Assembly (NCBI GenBank): GCA_964513505.1
Contig: CAZENL010000004.1
Span: forward strand, 1 to 62,411
Length of the DNA: 62,411 nucleotides
Direction of reading: 5' to 3'
DNA from: an uncultured Anaerolineaceae bacterium
GTDB lineage: Bacteria; Chloroflexota; Limnocylindria; Limnocylindrales; CSP1-4
Below the pieces are notes generated by a model. It saw only the letters and a program-made list of their open reading frames with translations. It had not been told where the DNA came from and did no database searches. This document shows, piece by piece, positions 1 to 8,305 of the stretch. The position numbers and the translations under genes are program-made. Positions within the stretch are counted from its first letter, which is position 1. Every line of letters starts with the position of its first letter.

Positions 1-65
1 GCCGCTTAATTGCGGCGCGAAGTGTAAACGGCTTGGGACCGGCAATGTTCCGGGCGACGCCCAGC

Positions 66-434
66 TCAGGCCGGCGAGAAGACGCCCTCGCGGAGCCAGC
101 CATGCCAACCACACCCGGCATATTTTTCCGCCGGGTTCTCTGGATTGTGTGAAAGGCAGTTGATCGAGGGATGCAGCGTGGGCTTTTCGATATTGCCATC
201 CCAAGCCCAGACCTTGTTCTCGGGCGGCTTCTTTCCGTTGACGATCCAGATCGAGCCGCAGTTTCCATGCCCGAGCGGGCAACCGAAATTGAAGCGCCCG
301 CGCTGGCCTGGCGCCGGCGGAGCTGCCGCGCTCTGCCCCATAGTCTCGAAACGGAACTCGCCCGGAGCTCGCGGGAATGGCGTCATCACCGGATGCCCGG
401 GATCGAGAGCAATATGTTTTCCCTCGACGCTCAT
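66..434 (-). CDS. DUF6527-like Cys/His protein
   Basis: Start moved to MSVEGK (ATGA overlap at 431-434). Motifs FGCP..GNCG, WAWDGNIEKPTLHPSI, CGWHGWLREG. Confidence 0.7.
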   Translation of the reverse strand: MSVEGKHIALDPGHPVMTPFPRAPGEFRFETMGQSAAAPPAPGQRGRFNFGCPLGHGNCGSIWIVNGKKPPENKVWAWDGNIEKPTLHPSINCLSHNPENPAEKYAGCGWHGWLREGVFSPA

Positions 435-1585
435 GCCGCGATCAGCTTCCGCAGCTCGGGCCCACAATGCACATCGACGACAAGGTGGATGCGCTCCACA
501 TCGGATGGATTGACCACCGCATGAGGCTTGCGGGTGTCGATATAGCAGAGCGTCCCTTGCGGGAAGTGGAGCTGCCATTCCCGCCCATCGAGCGCCCAGG
601 AGCGGAAGACGCAGCGCGGATCGGTGACGATCGGGATATGCAGCCGGGCGATCTGGCCATCCTTGGTCCCGGCCTCGGGATCGGTGATATCGCTATGGCG
701 GGTGAGCTCGCCATTGCCGGCGGCCAGGCGCATGAAGCGCACGCGCTGCTTCTTGCCGGGGATGCGATCGACCAGCGCCATGGTGCTGACCATGATCTGC
801 CCGAGCGCCGTCAAGCCGCACTCGGCCTTCATGCGCTCCGGGTTCTTGGCCTTCCAGTCTTTCGACATTTCGGAGGGCTTGATGATGAAGCTGGTATCGG
901 ATGGATCGAAGCCGGCCAGGGCGAAGCTCGTCCAGCTCTTGCGCTTGTTGTAGCTGGAATAATGCTGAGCCCACCGGCCGCTCTCGATGTGGTCGAGCTC
1001 GCGCCGCACGCCGGCGAGATCTTCGGGGCTGGCGGCGCCATCGCCGCGGAGGCTGATCACCTTGATGCCGGGCACATCGGCCGGATCGAGCTGCTCGATG
1101 ACCGGCGGCGGCCCAAACCACCAAAGGCCCTTTAAGTCCGAGCTGGCGGCGATCTTCGTCATGGCGCGCCGGAAGCCCATGGTTTCGAGAAGCAGGCACA
1201 GCGCCGGGTTCTCGACATGGCCCTCCAGCCAGGCGCGCTTCGCGCCGGAGCGCTCGATCAGGGTGTTGATGATCTTCCGCTTCCCGCCAGGCGAGCCGGC
1301 GATCGAGCGGATGAAAAGATCGCCAGCCTCGATCTTGGCGACGCGGCCGGCGAAATCGGTGTGGCTGGAGCCGATCGTATGGTGGCGAAACATGGCGATC
1401 GCTTCGAGCTTGCCGTCGATCGCCGTCCACATGAGCTGCCCGGCCGCCCTGGCATCGGCGACGTCACGCTCTTTCGGCAGGCCGAAGGCGCCGTAGCAAT
1501 GGGCTTTGAACTCGGCGCGGTAGAGCGCGGCCGCTTCCTTGAGGAAGCTCATGGGAAATCCGCGGGACCATTCCGGCGCCGTCAT
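431..1585 (-). CDS. GNAT-like domain fused to Asp/Asn beta-hydroxylase-like 2OG-Fe(II) oxygenase
   Basis: N-half AWLEGHVENPALCLLLETMGFR fits the GNAT beta5-alpha4 end. C-half has RVRFMRL, HSD, RLHIPIVT and IDTRKPHAVVN..RIHLVVD (HxD...H jelly-roll). Confidence 0.7.
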   Translation of the reverse strand: MTAPEWSRGFPMSFLKEAAALYRAEFKAHCYGAFGLPKERDVADARAAGQLMWTAIDGKLEAIAMFRHHTIGSSHTDFAGRVAKIEAGDLFIRSIAGSPGGKRKIINTLIERSGAKRAWLEGHVENPALCLLLETMGFRRAMTKIAASSDLKGLWWFGPPPVIEQLDPADVPGIKVISLRGDGAASPEDLAGVRRELDHIESGRWAQHYSSYNKRKSWTSFALAGFDPSDTSFIIKPSEMSKDWKAKNPERMKAECGLTALGQIMVSTMALVDRIPGKKQRVRFMRLAAGNGELTRHSDITDPEAGTKDGQIARLHIPIVTDPRCVFRSWALDGREWQLHFPQGTLCYIDTRKPHAVVNPSDVERIHLVVDVHCGPELRKLIAA

Positions 1586-1586
1586 G

Positions 1587-1796
1587 TCAGCCGATATCGA
1601 TATCGGCGCGAGAGAGCATGTAGATCAAAAGGAGCAAGCAGATGAGCAGGATCGCCAAGAAGGCGACCGCGACCCATCCGGCGGTCCACCACCAATTCAG
1701 TCCGAAAACATGATGGGCCAACCAGCCGACGAAGCCGAGGAGTCCGGCGATGAGGGCCGCGCTGGTGATTTGAAATCCGAGAGTTTGCCAGTCCAT
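1587..1796 (-). CDS. small two-TM membrane protein
   Basis: Start MDWQTLG; two hydrophobic stretches; fills the gap between neighbours. Confidence 0.55.
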   Translation of the reverse strand: MDWQTLGFQITSAALIAGLLGFVGWLAHHVFGLNWWWTAGWVAVAFLAILLICLLLLIYMLSRADIDIG

Positions 1797-1828
1797 GAGC
1801 CACGCCCCCTTGATGCCGAGGCTCAGCT

Positions 1829-2569
1829 TTACACCGCCGGCGGCCGATCGCCCAGCACATTCCACATGAGCCGGCGGCCGCGCCCGCGCGCCATGAGCTG
1901 CTCCCATGCTTTGCGATCGTAGTTTCCGCAGCTCGGGAACGGGGAGCTGGCCGGCGTCTCCTCCGCGAAATCATAGGGGCAGGGCACCAGCTCGACGTTT
2001 GGCGGGAAGGCCTGCTTCTGATTCCGGCTGGCCAGCCCGACAGTCACGCCAAAGACCCGGCTCTGGGGGAAGGCCCGGCCGAGGCAGCGCGCCAGCATCC
2101 CCGAGCCCGTCGCGCACCAAACCTCGTCCACCGGCCCAGCCTGAGCGGCCACCCGGGCCATGACCGCCTCGAAGGGGCTGGTGGCGCCGGGGATATCGAA
2201 GCCCAGCGGCAGGAAGAGCGCGCCAGCCTGGGCGGCATAAGACCGGGCCCGGTGCTGGACAACGCTCATGCGGCCGGCCGGGACTTGGAAGAGCGTCGCG
2301 CCATTGCGGAAGGCCGCCTTCTGGCGCCAGTGGAATTCCTTGCGCTTGGCATAAAACAGCGTGACGGCCACGCCCTTGCGGCGCCCATAGACCGAGAGCG
2401 CATAGGGCGCGCCGCCGCAAAATGGACCGCCGAAGACGATTTCCTTCGCGCCGGCGACGATGTGCGGGAGAAACCTGATCTTGGAGCCGCCGTCGAGCAA
2501 ATCCTCGCGGACAACCAGCACGCCGCCATGCTCCTCGATGATCGGAGCGGCTTCGTACCACTCAGGCAT
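1829..2569 (-). CDS. PLP-dependent fold-type II enzyme (ACC deaminase/D-Cys desulfhydrase-like)
   Basis: Start MPEWYE. VVREDLLDGGSKIR (Schiff-base Lys) and VWCATGSGML (phosphate loop). Confidence 0.7.
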   Translation of the reverse strand: MPEWYEAAPIIEEHGGVLVVREDLLDGGSKIRFLPHIVAGAKEIVFGGPFCGGAPYALSVYGRRKGVAVTLFYAKRKEFHWRQKAAFRNGATLFQVPAGRMSVVQHRARSYAAQAGALFLPLGFDIPGATSPFEAVMARVAAQAGPVDEVWCATGSGMLARCLGRAFPQSRVFGVTVGLASRNQKQAFPPNVELVPCPYDFAEETPASSPFPSCGNYDRKAWEQLMARGRGRRLMWNVLGDRPPAV

Positions 2570-2939
2570 TGCCGGCGGCTTCTGCCAGCGTGAGGAAGCT
2601 GCTCGGCCGAGCATTGTCGCGCTGCCGCTCCATCGCCAGCTTGCAACACTTTTCGAGCTGGACGAGGAGCTCCTCATGCTTGTCGATGCCGAGCTGCTCC
2701 TTCAGAGCGGCGTTCATCGCCTTGGTGCTGCGATCGATATCCTCCCGCGTCTCGCGGATGAGCTGGCGGCCGACGCCTGGCGGGAACAAGTGCTTGCACC
2801 CATCGCATTGCAGCGCCGCCGCCCAGCATCCTTCGGCCACATCGTATTCGGCGCCGAAGAGAACCTCGCCGCTGCCCTTGGTGATGACGAAATGGAGGAA
2901 CGCCTTGAGGTTGGCCTTCAGCGCGGCGGTGTCAGTCAT
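2562..2939 (-). CDS. hypothetical protein with CxxC
   Basis: Start MTDTAA, ATGA-coupled; contains CDGC. Confidence 0.6.
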   Translation of the reverse strand: MTDTAALKANLKAFLHFVITKGSGEVLFGAEYDVAEGCWAAALQCDGCKHLFPPGVGRQLIRETREDIDRSTKAMNAALKEQLGIDKHEELLVQLEKCCKLAMERQRDNARPSSFLTLAEAAGNA

Positions 2940-3133
2940 GTCGTCTTCCTTAAACGCTCGGCGGCATCGGCCGCAATCACTTCCGCATCGGTCGCGAGCT
3001 GGAGCCATCCTTCGGCCACGGATGGATAGGGCGTCTCGGCGGCGCGTTGCCGGCAGCGCTCAGCCAACAGGCCCATCCGCTCTGGAATGCCAGGGAGCGC
3101 GGCGCGGGCGGCGGCGAGATCGGCTTCGATCAA
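2936..3133 (-). CDS. hypothetical protein
   Basis: TTGA overlap upstream and ATGA overlap downstream. Confidence 0.55.
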   Translation of the reverse strand: MIEADLAAARAALPGIPERMGLLAERCRQRAAETPYPSVAEGWLQLATDAEVIAADAAERLRKTT

Positions 3134-4749
3134 GTTATCTCGCCCCCGATATCCTTGGCCGTCACCTTCTCGCCGAACTCGCCCGGGGGAGCTGCTGGCT
3201 CCATGCCTTCCGGCTCGCCGAACTCGACGGGCCCGATCGCCTCGGTGGCTTTGACAGGATCGCCCTTCACGAAGATCAGAACGTCTTGATGGGTCTTTCC
3301 CAGCTTGCGGCTCGTCTCGAAGGCCCGGCCGGCGCGCATGGCGAGAGAGCCGGCGCTGGTGACGAGGATCGCATGGTTGTAGAGGCGCAGCCCGGCCTCC
3401 TCGAAGGCCCTGATCGTGTCCATGTGGAAGCCGCGGTAAAGACCCTTCTCATCGCGAAGATCGCCGACAACGAAGATGGCGAAGCGATCGTCGGCCAGAA
3501 GCTCGCAGCTCGCCTCGATGATCTTGTTGTAGGCCGCGATGAACTTCCCATATTCCATCGTGCTCAGGTCTTTGGGATCGTCGCTGTAGCGCTCGAGATC
3601 GGAATATGGCGGGCAGGAGAAGATCAGGTCGGCCGGCATTCCCTTCGCGCCCTTAGTGAGCTGACCGATCTTGAGGCTATCGCCTTTGATCCATTCGGGC
3701 GCCGGCGCCTTGCACAGCTTCTTGCCCTGGGCGCGGTTGGCGGCGATCTGCTCTTCCCGAAGATCGACGCCCATGTAGCGGCGCCCGAGCTTGCTGGCGA
3801 CGATGCCGCGCACGGAGCCGCCGGCGAAGGGATCGAGCACCAGCCCCTTGGGCGGGCAAAACCAGCGATAAGCCAGCTCGGCCAGGACCGGATCGAAGAT
3901 CGAAGTGCCACCGCCTGACTCTTCGTTTTCTCCGCCAGGGCCTTGGCGATAGATGCTATTGGGACCGCCGCCGCCGGGCGTGGCATCGCGAGCCGCTGTA
4001 TCGGCCTTTTTATTGCCGAACTCCTTGAGCGCCTTCTGCTCTATCGCGTCATCATCGAGGCCGTCAGTGCGGCACTTCGCAACATAAGCCACGACATTTC
4101 GGTAATGACCGGGAATGACAAGGGCGAGACGATCTTGCAGTGACTTCTTGAGCAGGTTTCCGCCGCGGCCGACTTCGCTCTCGATCCCCAGCGCCAGCCA
4201 GGCGCGCTTCCGATCCTGCCACCAGCCTTCGCGGGCATTGAGCACGGAGAAGGGCACGGCGAAGAACTTGTCGGCGAGGTTGCCGATCGTCGGCTTGCGG
4301 CCATCGGTGGGCGCGGCCGGGGCGCCGCTGGAGAAGACATTGAGCTCGGCCAGCTCGAAGCCGGTCAGCGAAAGATCGAAGGCGGCGGTTTGCAGCTCGC
4401 CGAGCTCGGTGCGCAACAGGCCCTCGTCCCACCCGCCGCTGAGCGTGCTCTTGTTGTCCCAAAGCCGGTAGGCCTTAACCTGATCGGAGTTCCAGCCGCG
4501 CGCCACCAGCACCGGGACTTCCTCCATCGGCGGATCGAGCTGGGAGGCGGCGAAGCGGCGATGGCCGGCGATGATCCCGCCAAGCTCATCGACGAGGATC
4601 GGATACGTCCAGCCATATTCGTCGATCGCGCGCCGGGCCGCGAGGATATCGGCCTCGCTATGGGTGCGGGCGTTCTTGGCATAGGGCTTGATGCGCTCGA
4701 CGCCCCAGAGCTCGACCTTCGTCGCGGGCCAGTCCTTCGGATCGATCAT
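3130..4749 (-). CDS. ParB/Srx domain fused to amino (N4/N6)-type DNA methyltransferase with CPPY motif
   Basis: Start MIDPKDW. ParB: IKPYAKNARTH, YGWTYPILVD, IIAGHRR. MTase: VLDPFAGGSVRG (motif I), LIFSCPPY (motif IV). Confidence 0.85.
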   Translation of the reverse strand: MIDPKDWPATKVELWGVERIKPYAKNARTHSEADILAARRAIDEYGWTYPILVDELGGIIAGHRRFAASQLDPPMEEVPVLVARGWNSDQVKAYRLWDNKSTLSGGWDEGLLRTELGELQTAAFDLSLTGFELAELNVFSSGAPAAPTDGRKPTIGNLADKFFAVPFSVLNAREGWWQDRKRAWLALGIESEVGRGGNLLKKSLQDRLALVIPGHYRNVVAYVAKCRTDGLDDDAIEQKALKEFGNKKADTAARDATPGGGGPNSIYRQGPGGENEESGGGTSIFDPVLAELAYRWFCPPKGLVLDPFAGGSVRGIVASKLGRRYMGVDLREEQIAANRAQGKKLCKAPAPEWIKGDSLKIGQLTKGAKGMPADLIFSCPPYSDLERYSDDPKDLSTMEYGKFIAAYNKIIEASCELLADDRFAIFVVGDLRDEKGLYRGFHMDTIRAFEEAGLRLYNHAILVTSAGSLAMRAGRAFETSRKLGKTHQDVLIFVKGDPVKATEAIGPVEFGEPEGMEPAAPPGEFGEKVTAKDIGGEIT

Positions 4750-5006
4750 GGCTCGATCCCCGGCATCTTGGCGTGGTGGGTGAAATGGTTGGCCTTGTCC
4801 GTGATGGCGGCGATGGCGATCGGCGTCACGCCATAGAGCGGGTCGTTGGCCCAGCCCGTTCCAACCCAGCAATTATTCTTCGCATCCCAGCGCAGCACGA
4901 AGGCCCAGCCTTCAGCATTGAAGCCGAGCCATTGCCCGGGAGCGCCAGGCGGCGGGAGGCCGGGATCGATGCGATAACCGCCGGTCATCGAGCACATGCC
5001 GAGCAT
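4746..5006 (-). CDS. hypothetical protein
   Basis: Start MLGMCS after an RBS-like AAGAAGG; ATGA-coupled to the MTase. Confidence 0.55.
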   Translation of the reverse strand: MLGMCSMTGGYRIDPGLPPPGAPGQWLGFNAEGWAFVLRWDAKNNCWVGTGWANDPLYGVTPIAIAAITDKANHFTHHAKMPGIEP

Positions 5007-5008
5007 GG

Positions 5009-5257
5009 TCAGGCCTTCTTCGCTGGATATTGGATTTCGACGGGAATGCCGCGCACCCGATATTCCTCCTCCAGCGCCCGGGAGAAGGGAATGTGGCCGG
5101 CGACGCTGGAGCGATTCTCGCCCGAATAGAGCACGCACCGGGTCGCGTTGATCGGAAACCATGAAGCCCAGACTTGGCCAGTCTTCGGCGCGCGGATCAC
5201 AGCCTGGATGGGCCATCCCATGATTGCGGCGATCGTGGCGTCCGGGCTTCTGCTCAC
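5009..5257 (-). CDS. hypothetical protein
   Basis: GTGA overlap with the upstream gene; tiles the operon. Confidence 0.5.
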   Translation of the reverse strand: MSRSPDATIAAIMGWPIQAVIRAPKTGQVWASWFPINATRCVLYSGENRSSVAGHIPFSRALEEEYRVRGIPVEIQYPAKKA

Positions 5258-5634
5258 TTCGGCCTCTGGCTTGGAAGCAGCGGCGGGGTCTTTTCCTCCG
5301 GCTTCATGTCCCCGGCATATACCAAAGCGCGCATGTCGTGAAGATGGTCGCGGAGGGCCGCGACTTCCCGGCCGTGGTCAGCCCAGCCGGCGGGGCGCAT
5401 CCCGTTCTCCCAAGCGCAATCGATCGCCGCCTGAAGGAAGGCGCGGGCCTCGTCGGCCTGCCCCCATCCTGAGCGGATCGCCTCGGGGCCGGGCGACATG
5501 GGCGCGATCGTCTCCATCTTGAAGCCGGCGACGAATTCCACCGGATCGCCGAAGGAGTGCTCGCCGCCCTTGCGGATGAGAAGGCGCGAGCTGGCGTCGA
5601 TCATCCGGCTATCGAGGAACATCTTCCAGCTCAT
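5254..5634 (-). CDS. hypothetical phage protein
   Basis: 126 aa with phage-like composition; tiles the operon. Confidence 0.65.
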   Translation of the reverse strand: MSWKMFLDSRMIDASSRLLIRKGGEHSFGDPVEFVAGFKMETIAPMSPGPEAIRSGWGQADEARAFLQAAIDCAWENGMRPAGWADHGREVAALRDHLHDMRALVYAGDMKPEEKTPPLLPSQRPK

Positions 5635-5647
5635 GACAGGCCCTCCG

Positions 5648-5842
5648 TTATCGCTTGGTGATTTTTAGACCGGCGGTGTTGAAAGCGCCCATCAGGGATG
5701 CGCCCGCTTCCGTCGCCGTCATGCCGAGCCGGGCCTTCATGTGCCACCATTCGGTGAAGGTGGCCTCGATAAGCTGGCGCTCCGCGTTGGCCTTTCGTGT
5801 GGCCTTCGCTGCGGCAACAGCACGTTTCATTCCTTCTCCCAT
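5648..5842 (-). CDS. hypothetical protein
   Basis: GGAG RBS before MGEGMK. Confidence 0.55.
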   Translation of the reverse strand: MGEGMKRAVAAAKATRKANAERQLIEATFTEWWHMKARLGMTATEAGASLMGAFNTAGLKITKR

Positions 5843-5852
5843 ATTCCGCTCC

Positions 5853-6197
5853 TCAATAACGCTGCTTGGGACGGGGATCGAAGCCAAGGGCCTTCATCCA
5901 GCCGCAGACCATTTCGCCAAAGGCGTGCATCAGCAGCAGGACCGGATAGAGCAGCCAGACCGACAGGCTCAAGCCAACCGTGATGCAAAGGTCGCCGGGG
6001 TCGCTCCAGTAGTCAAAAACAGCGTCTGCCACAGCACACTTTGGAACACCCGGTTTGCAATAAACTGGGTGATACAAAACCGTTGACAGGTGAACTGAGA
6101 AAACCACCCAGCCGACATAAGCCAGAATGAAAAGCAGCCCGGCAATCTGTTCCGTAATCTCGCGGCGCGGTTCCCGCCCCATGTTTGAAAGTGCCAT
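5853..6197 (-). CDS. two-TM membrane protein in AT-richer island
   Basis: GGAG RBS; two hydrophobic segments flank a Cys-containing loop. Confidence 0.6.
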   Translation of the reverse strand: MALSNMGREPRREITEQIAGLLFILAYVGWVVFSVHLSTVLYHPVYCKPGVPKCAVADAVFDYWSDPGDLCITVGLSLSVWLLYPVLLLMHAFGEMVCGWMKALGFDPRPKQRY

Positions 6198-6208
6198 GTT
6201 TTCGCTCC

Positions 6209-6382
6209 TTAGTCCTGTTCCACAGAAACGGCGTCTTCCTTGTCCGCCAGCTTTTCCAGCATGGCGAAAACCGTCGCGTAAAGCGCTGCCAGCATTGCCT
6301 CGCCATGCTCCGGGTCAGATGAGTATTTAGCATTATTAGTCTTTACCAAGTCTTCAAGCAGTTTGCGGTAGGTCGTGAACAT
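6209..6382 (-). CDS. 57-aa hypothetical protein (below ORF-track cutoff)
   Basis: Hand translation MFTTYRKLLEDLVKTNNAKYSSDPEHGEAMLAALYATVFAMLEKLADKEDAVSVEQD; GGAG RBS. Confidence 0.6.
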   Translation of the reverse strand: MFTTYRKLLEDLVKTNNAKYSSDPEHGEAMLAALYATVFAMLEKLADKEDAVSVEQD

Positions 6383-6390
6383 GGTCGCTC

Positions 6391-6585
6391 CTACTTTTCA
6401 GCCGCTGCAATGGCGGCGATATGCTTCTTCCTATCTTCCTGGCCTTGAACGTTCCCAAGCTGCCACGCGGCAGTAAGTTCTGGGACTGCAAAGAGAGCGA
6501 AGCGACAGTTTGAAATGTTGGGGCCATAAAATCCAGCATCGTGCCCGGCACGCTTGGCGCTTTCGATGCTTTCAGGATGGAACAT
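6391..6585 (-). CDS. hypothetical protein
   Basis: Start MFHPES; tiles the operon. Confidence 0.55.
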   Translation of the reverse strand: MFHPESIESAKRAGHDAGFYGPNISNCRFALFAVPELTAAWQLGNVQGQEDRKKHIAAIAAAEK

Positions 6586-6596
6586 CTTTCGTCCGC

Positions 6597-6800
6597 CTAT
6601 TCTTTCGGGAAGCATTGGATTTCGACCAGCTCGCCGGTCAGCGAGTCATCGAATTGCTCGACCTTCAGATTAAGCGCCTTGCACTTCGCGACGGCCGCGC
6701 CGACTTCTGCCGGCGTCATCGGCTTGTGGCATCCCGCGAGGAGGAGGAGCGCGCCGATAGCAATGGCCCAGCTCGCCAGCTTTGCGCTTTTGGCGCTCAT
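6597..6800 (-). CDS. small lipoprotein
   Basis: Signal peptide with lipobox LLAG-C. Confidence 0.7.
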   Translation of the reverse strand: MSAKSAKLASWAIAIGALLLLAGCHKPMTPAEVGAAVAKCKALNLKVEQFDDSLTGELVEIQCFPKE

Positions 6801-7009
6801 ACGATCACCCCTTCGACGCGATCAAAGACTTCGATTGCCGTGCAGCCTGGCGCGAGCATGATCGCGGCGCCCATGCGCCGCGCGCCGGCAAGATCGGGGC
6901 TCCAGCCGATCACGCTCTTCTCGGCCTTCGGATATCCGGTGGCGCGGACTTCGAACCGCTGGCCGCGATCGCCCACGTTGGTGTGCGGCTGGCCGCCGGA
7001 GTGCGTCAT
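6797..7009 (-). CDS. hypothetical protein
   Basis: Start MTHSGG; ATGA overlaps at both ends. Confidence 0.6.
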   Translation of the reverse strand: MTHSGGQPHTNVGDRGQRFEVRATGYPKAEKSVIGWSPDLAGARRMGAAIMLAPGCTAIEVFDRVEGVIV

Positions 7010-7251
7010 GCGCGCCTCATTGTCCTGGCCGCCACCAGCTCGTTGCGATAGGCGACGGCGAGATGATCCCAGCGCACGGCGGCCAGCATGTGATCGTCTT
7101 TGCCGCGAGGCGCCAAGCATTGCTCAGCAAAGCCACGCTCGTTGGCGGCCGCTTGCATGGCGCCGCAGATATCGGCCTCAATTTCAGCGTCGCTGCGGAT
7201 GCGCGGAGGAGCTGGCGGTTCATACCTTGGCCGCTTCGATCCGAGCCTCAT
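7006..7251 (-). CDS. hypothetical protein
   Basis: ATGA overlaps at both ends. Confidence 0.55.
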   Translation of the reverse strand: MRLGSKRPRYEPPAPPRIRSDAEIEADICGAMQAAANERGFAEQCLAPRGKDDHMLAAVRWDHLAVAYRNELVAARTMRRA

Positions 7252-7643
7252 TGCTTCGGCCCCTTCGCCGCCGCCATGTGGGCGAGATAGCCGATATACT
7301 TCGGATCATCGAGCGGGCGGCCGCCGGTGATGGCGCGCGAGAAGTCCGGCTTCGGCTTGGCCTGCTCGATGCAGGCGCGGATCACGGCGCGCTCCATGTC
7401 TGGATTGACAAAATCGGCCGCTTTGATTTCGGCGCCATGCGCCTTGCAGACCTCGATCCCGATGAAGAGCTGGAGCGGCTCCATCTCGCTTGTCGATGCC
7501 TGCCGGTTCTTCGGCGGCACGCCATATCCCTCGAAGGGGACGAGCAGCACGATCGTGCCGGTGGCGAAGTGCTGGCAATCCTTGCGCTGGCAGCGGCGCA
7601 GCGGCGTCTCGATGCCGAGGGCAATCCGGGAGGTTTCAGTCAT
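7248..7643 (-). CDS. hypothetical protein, possibly Zn-binding
   Basis: CQRKDC and CKAH; ATGA-coupled. Confidence 0.6.
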   Translation of the reverse strand: MTETSRIALGIETPLRRCQRKDCQHFATGTIVLLVPFEGYGVPPKNRQASTSEMEPLQLFIGIEVCKAHGAEIKAADFVNPDMERAVIRACIEQAKPKPDFSRAITGGRPLDDPKYIGYLAHMAAAKGPKQ

Positions 7644-7903
7644 GGCTTCGGCACCAGCGCAACGATGCGGGAGCGGAAGGCGGCATCGTTGGCTATTGTC
7701 TCGACGAGCTGGTCGAGCTGGCGCTGGAGCATGGCGGTGGATTGGCGCGCCCTGGCATAGAACTCAGCCTCGGCGCTGGGATGGCCGAGGAGCGCCGCCG
7801 GCACGATGAAGGCCTCGGCGATCTTCTGGCGCATGTGGGCCATCGATTCGTTGAGGCTATCGAGCGCCGGCCCACCACCGATCAATTCGACCGTGATGGT
7901 CAT
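7640..7903 (-). CDS. hypothetical protein
   Basis: ATGA-coupled. Confidence 0.55.
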   Translation of the reverse strand: MTITVELIGGGPALDSLNESMAHMRQKIAEAFIVPAALLGHPSAEAEFYARARQSTAMLQRQLDQLVETIANDAAFRSRIVALVPKP

Positions 7904-8271
7904 GATCCGCGCGCCGCTTTGCGGGCCAGCATCATCGCCTTGCCGAGCATGATGCCGGCGGAGCGCACGCCTTGCGCCATTTTGGATCGCACGCGGGCGG
8001 CCTTCTGGGCCTTGCGGTTGCGCGCGGCCTCAGCGGCCGCTTGGCGCTCACGATAGCCGCCAGAACTACCGCGGCCGCCTAGGCGGAGGAATGGCCGGCC
8101 GAAGCCGTGCTCCTTGCGCCAACGGGCGCCGATCACTTCGATCATGCTTTTGCCGTGGTTGCGCCGATCGATATCATTTTCGAGCTCAGCGATCACGCAA
8201 GGGGCGATGACACTGCGAAGCTGCTCGATCGGCGCGCCCTTGGCATGAAGGCGGAAGGCTTTGTTGGACAT
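7900..8271 (-). CDS. basic hypothetical protein
   Basis: Start MSNKAF after CAAGAGGAG RBS. Confidence 0.6.
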   Translation of the reverse strand: MSNKAFRLHAKGAPIEQLRSVIAPCVIAELENDIDRRNHGKSMIEVIGARWRKEHGFGRPFLRLGGRGSSGGYRERQAAAEAARNRKAQKAARVRSKMAQGVRSAGIMLGKAMMLARKAARGS

Positions 8272-8305
8272 TTCGCAGAACTCCTCTTGAAAACGGAAGG
8301 CTCGA

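Noticed and set aside
1-20. Hairpin GCCGC-TTAATT-GCGGC at the window start as a cos or terminal structure
   Set aside because: Only a 5-bp stem, far from the terminase genes, with no supporting context.
2569-3918. Long opposite-strand ORFs (2569-3918, 13237-14754, 17911-19041, 19091-20539, 21961-23163, 30516-32426, 54739-56124, 57323-58975 and similar)
   Set aside because: Shadow frames of real genes in high-GC DNA: no motifs, no RBS, and they overlap well-supported CDSs.
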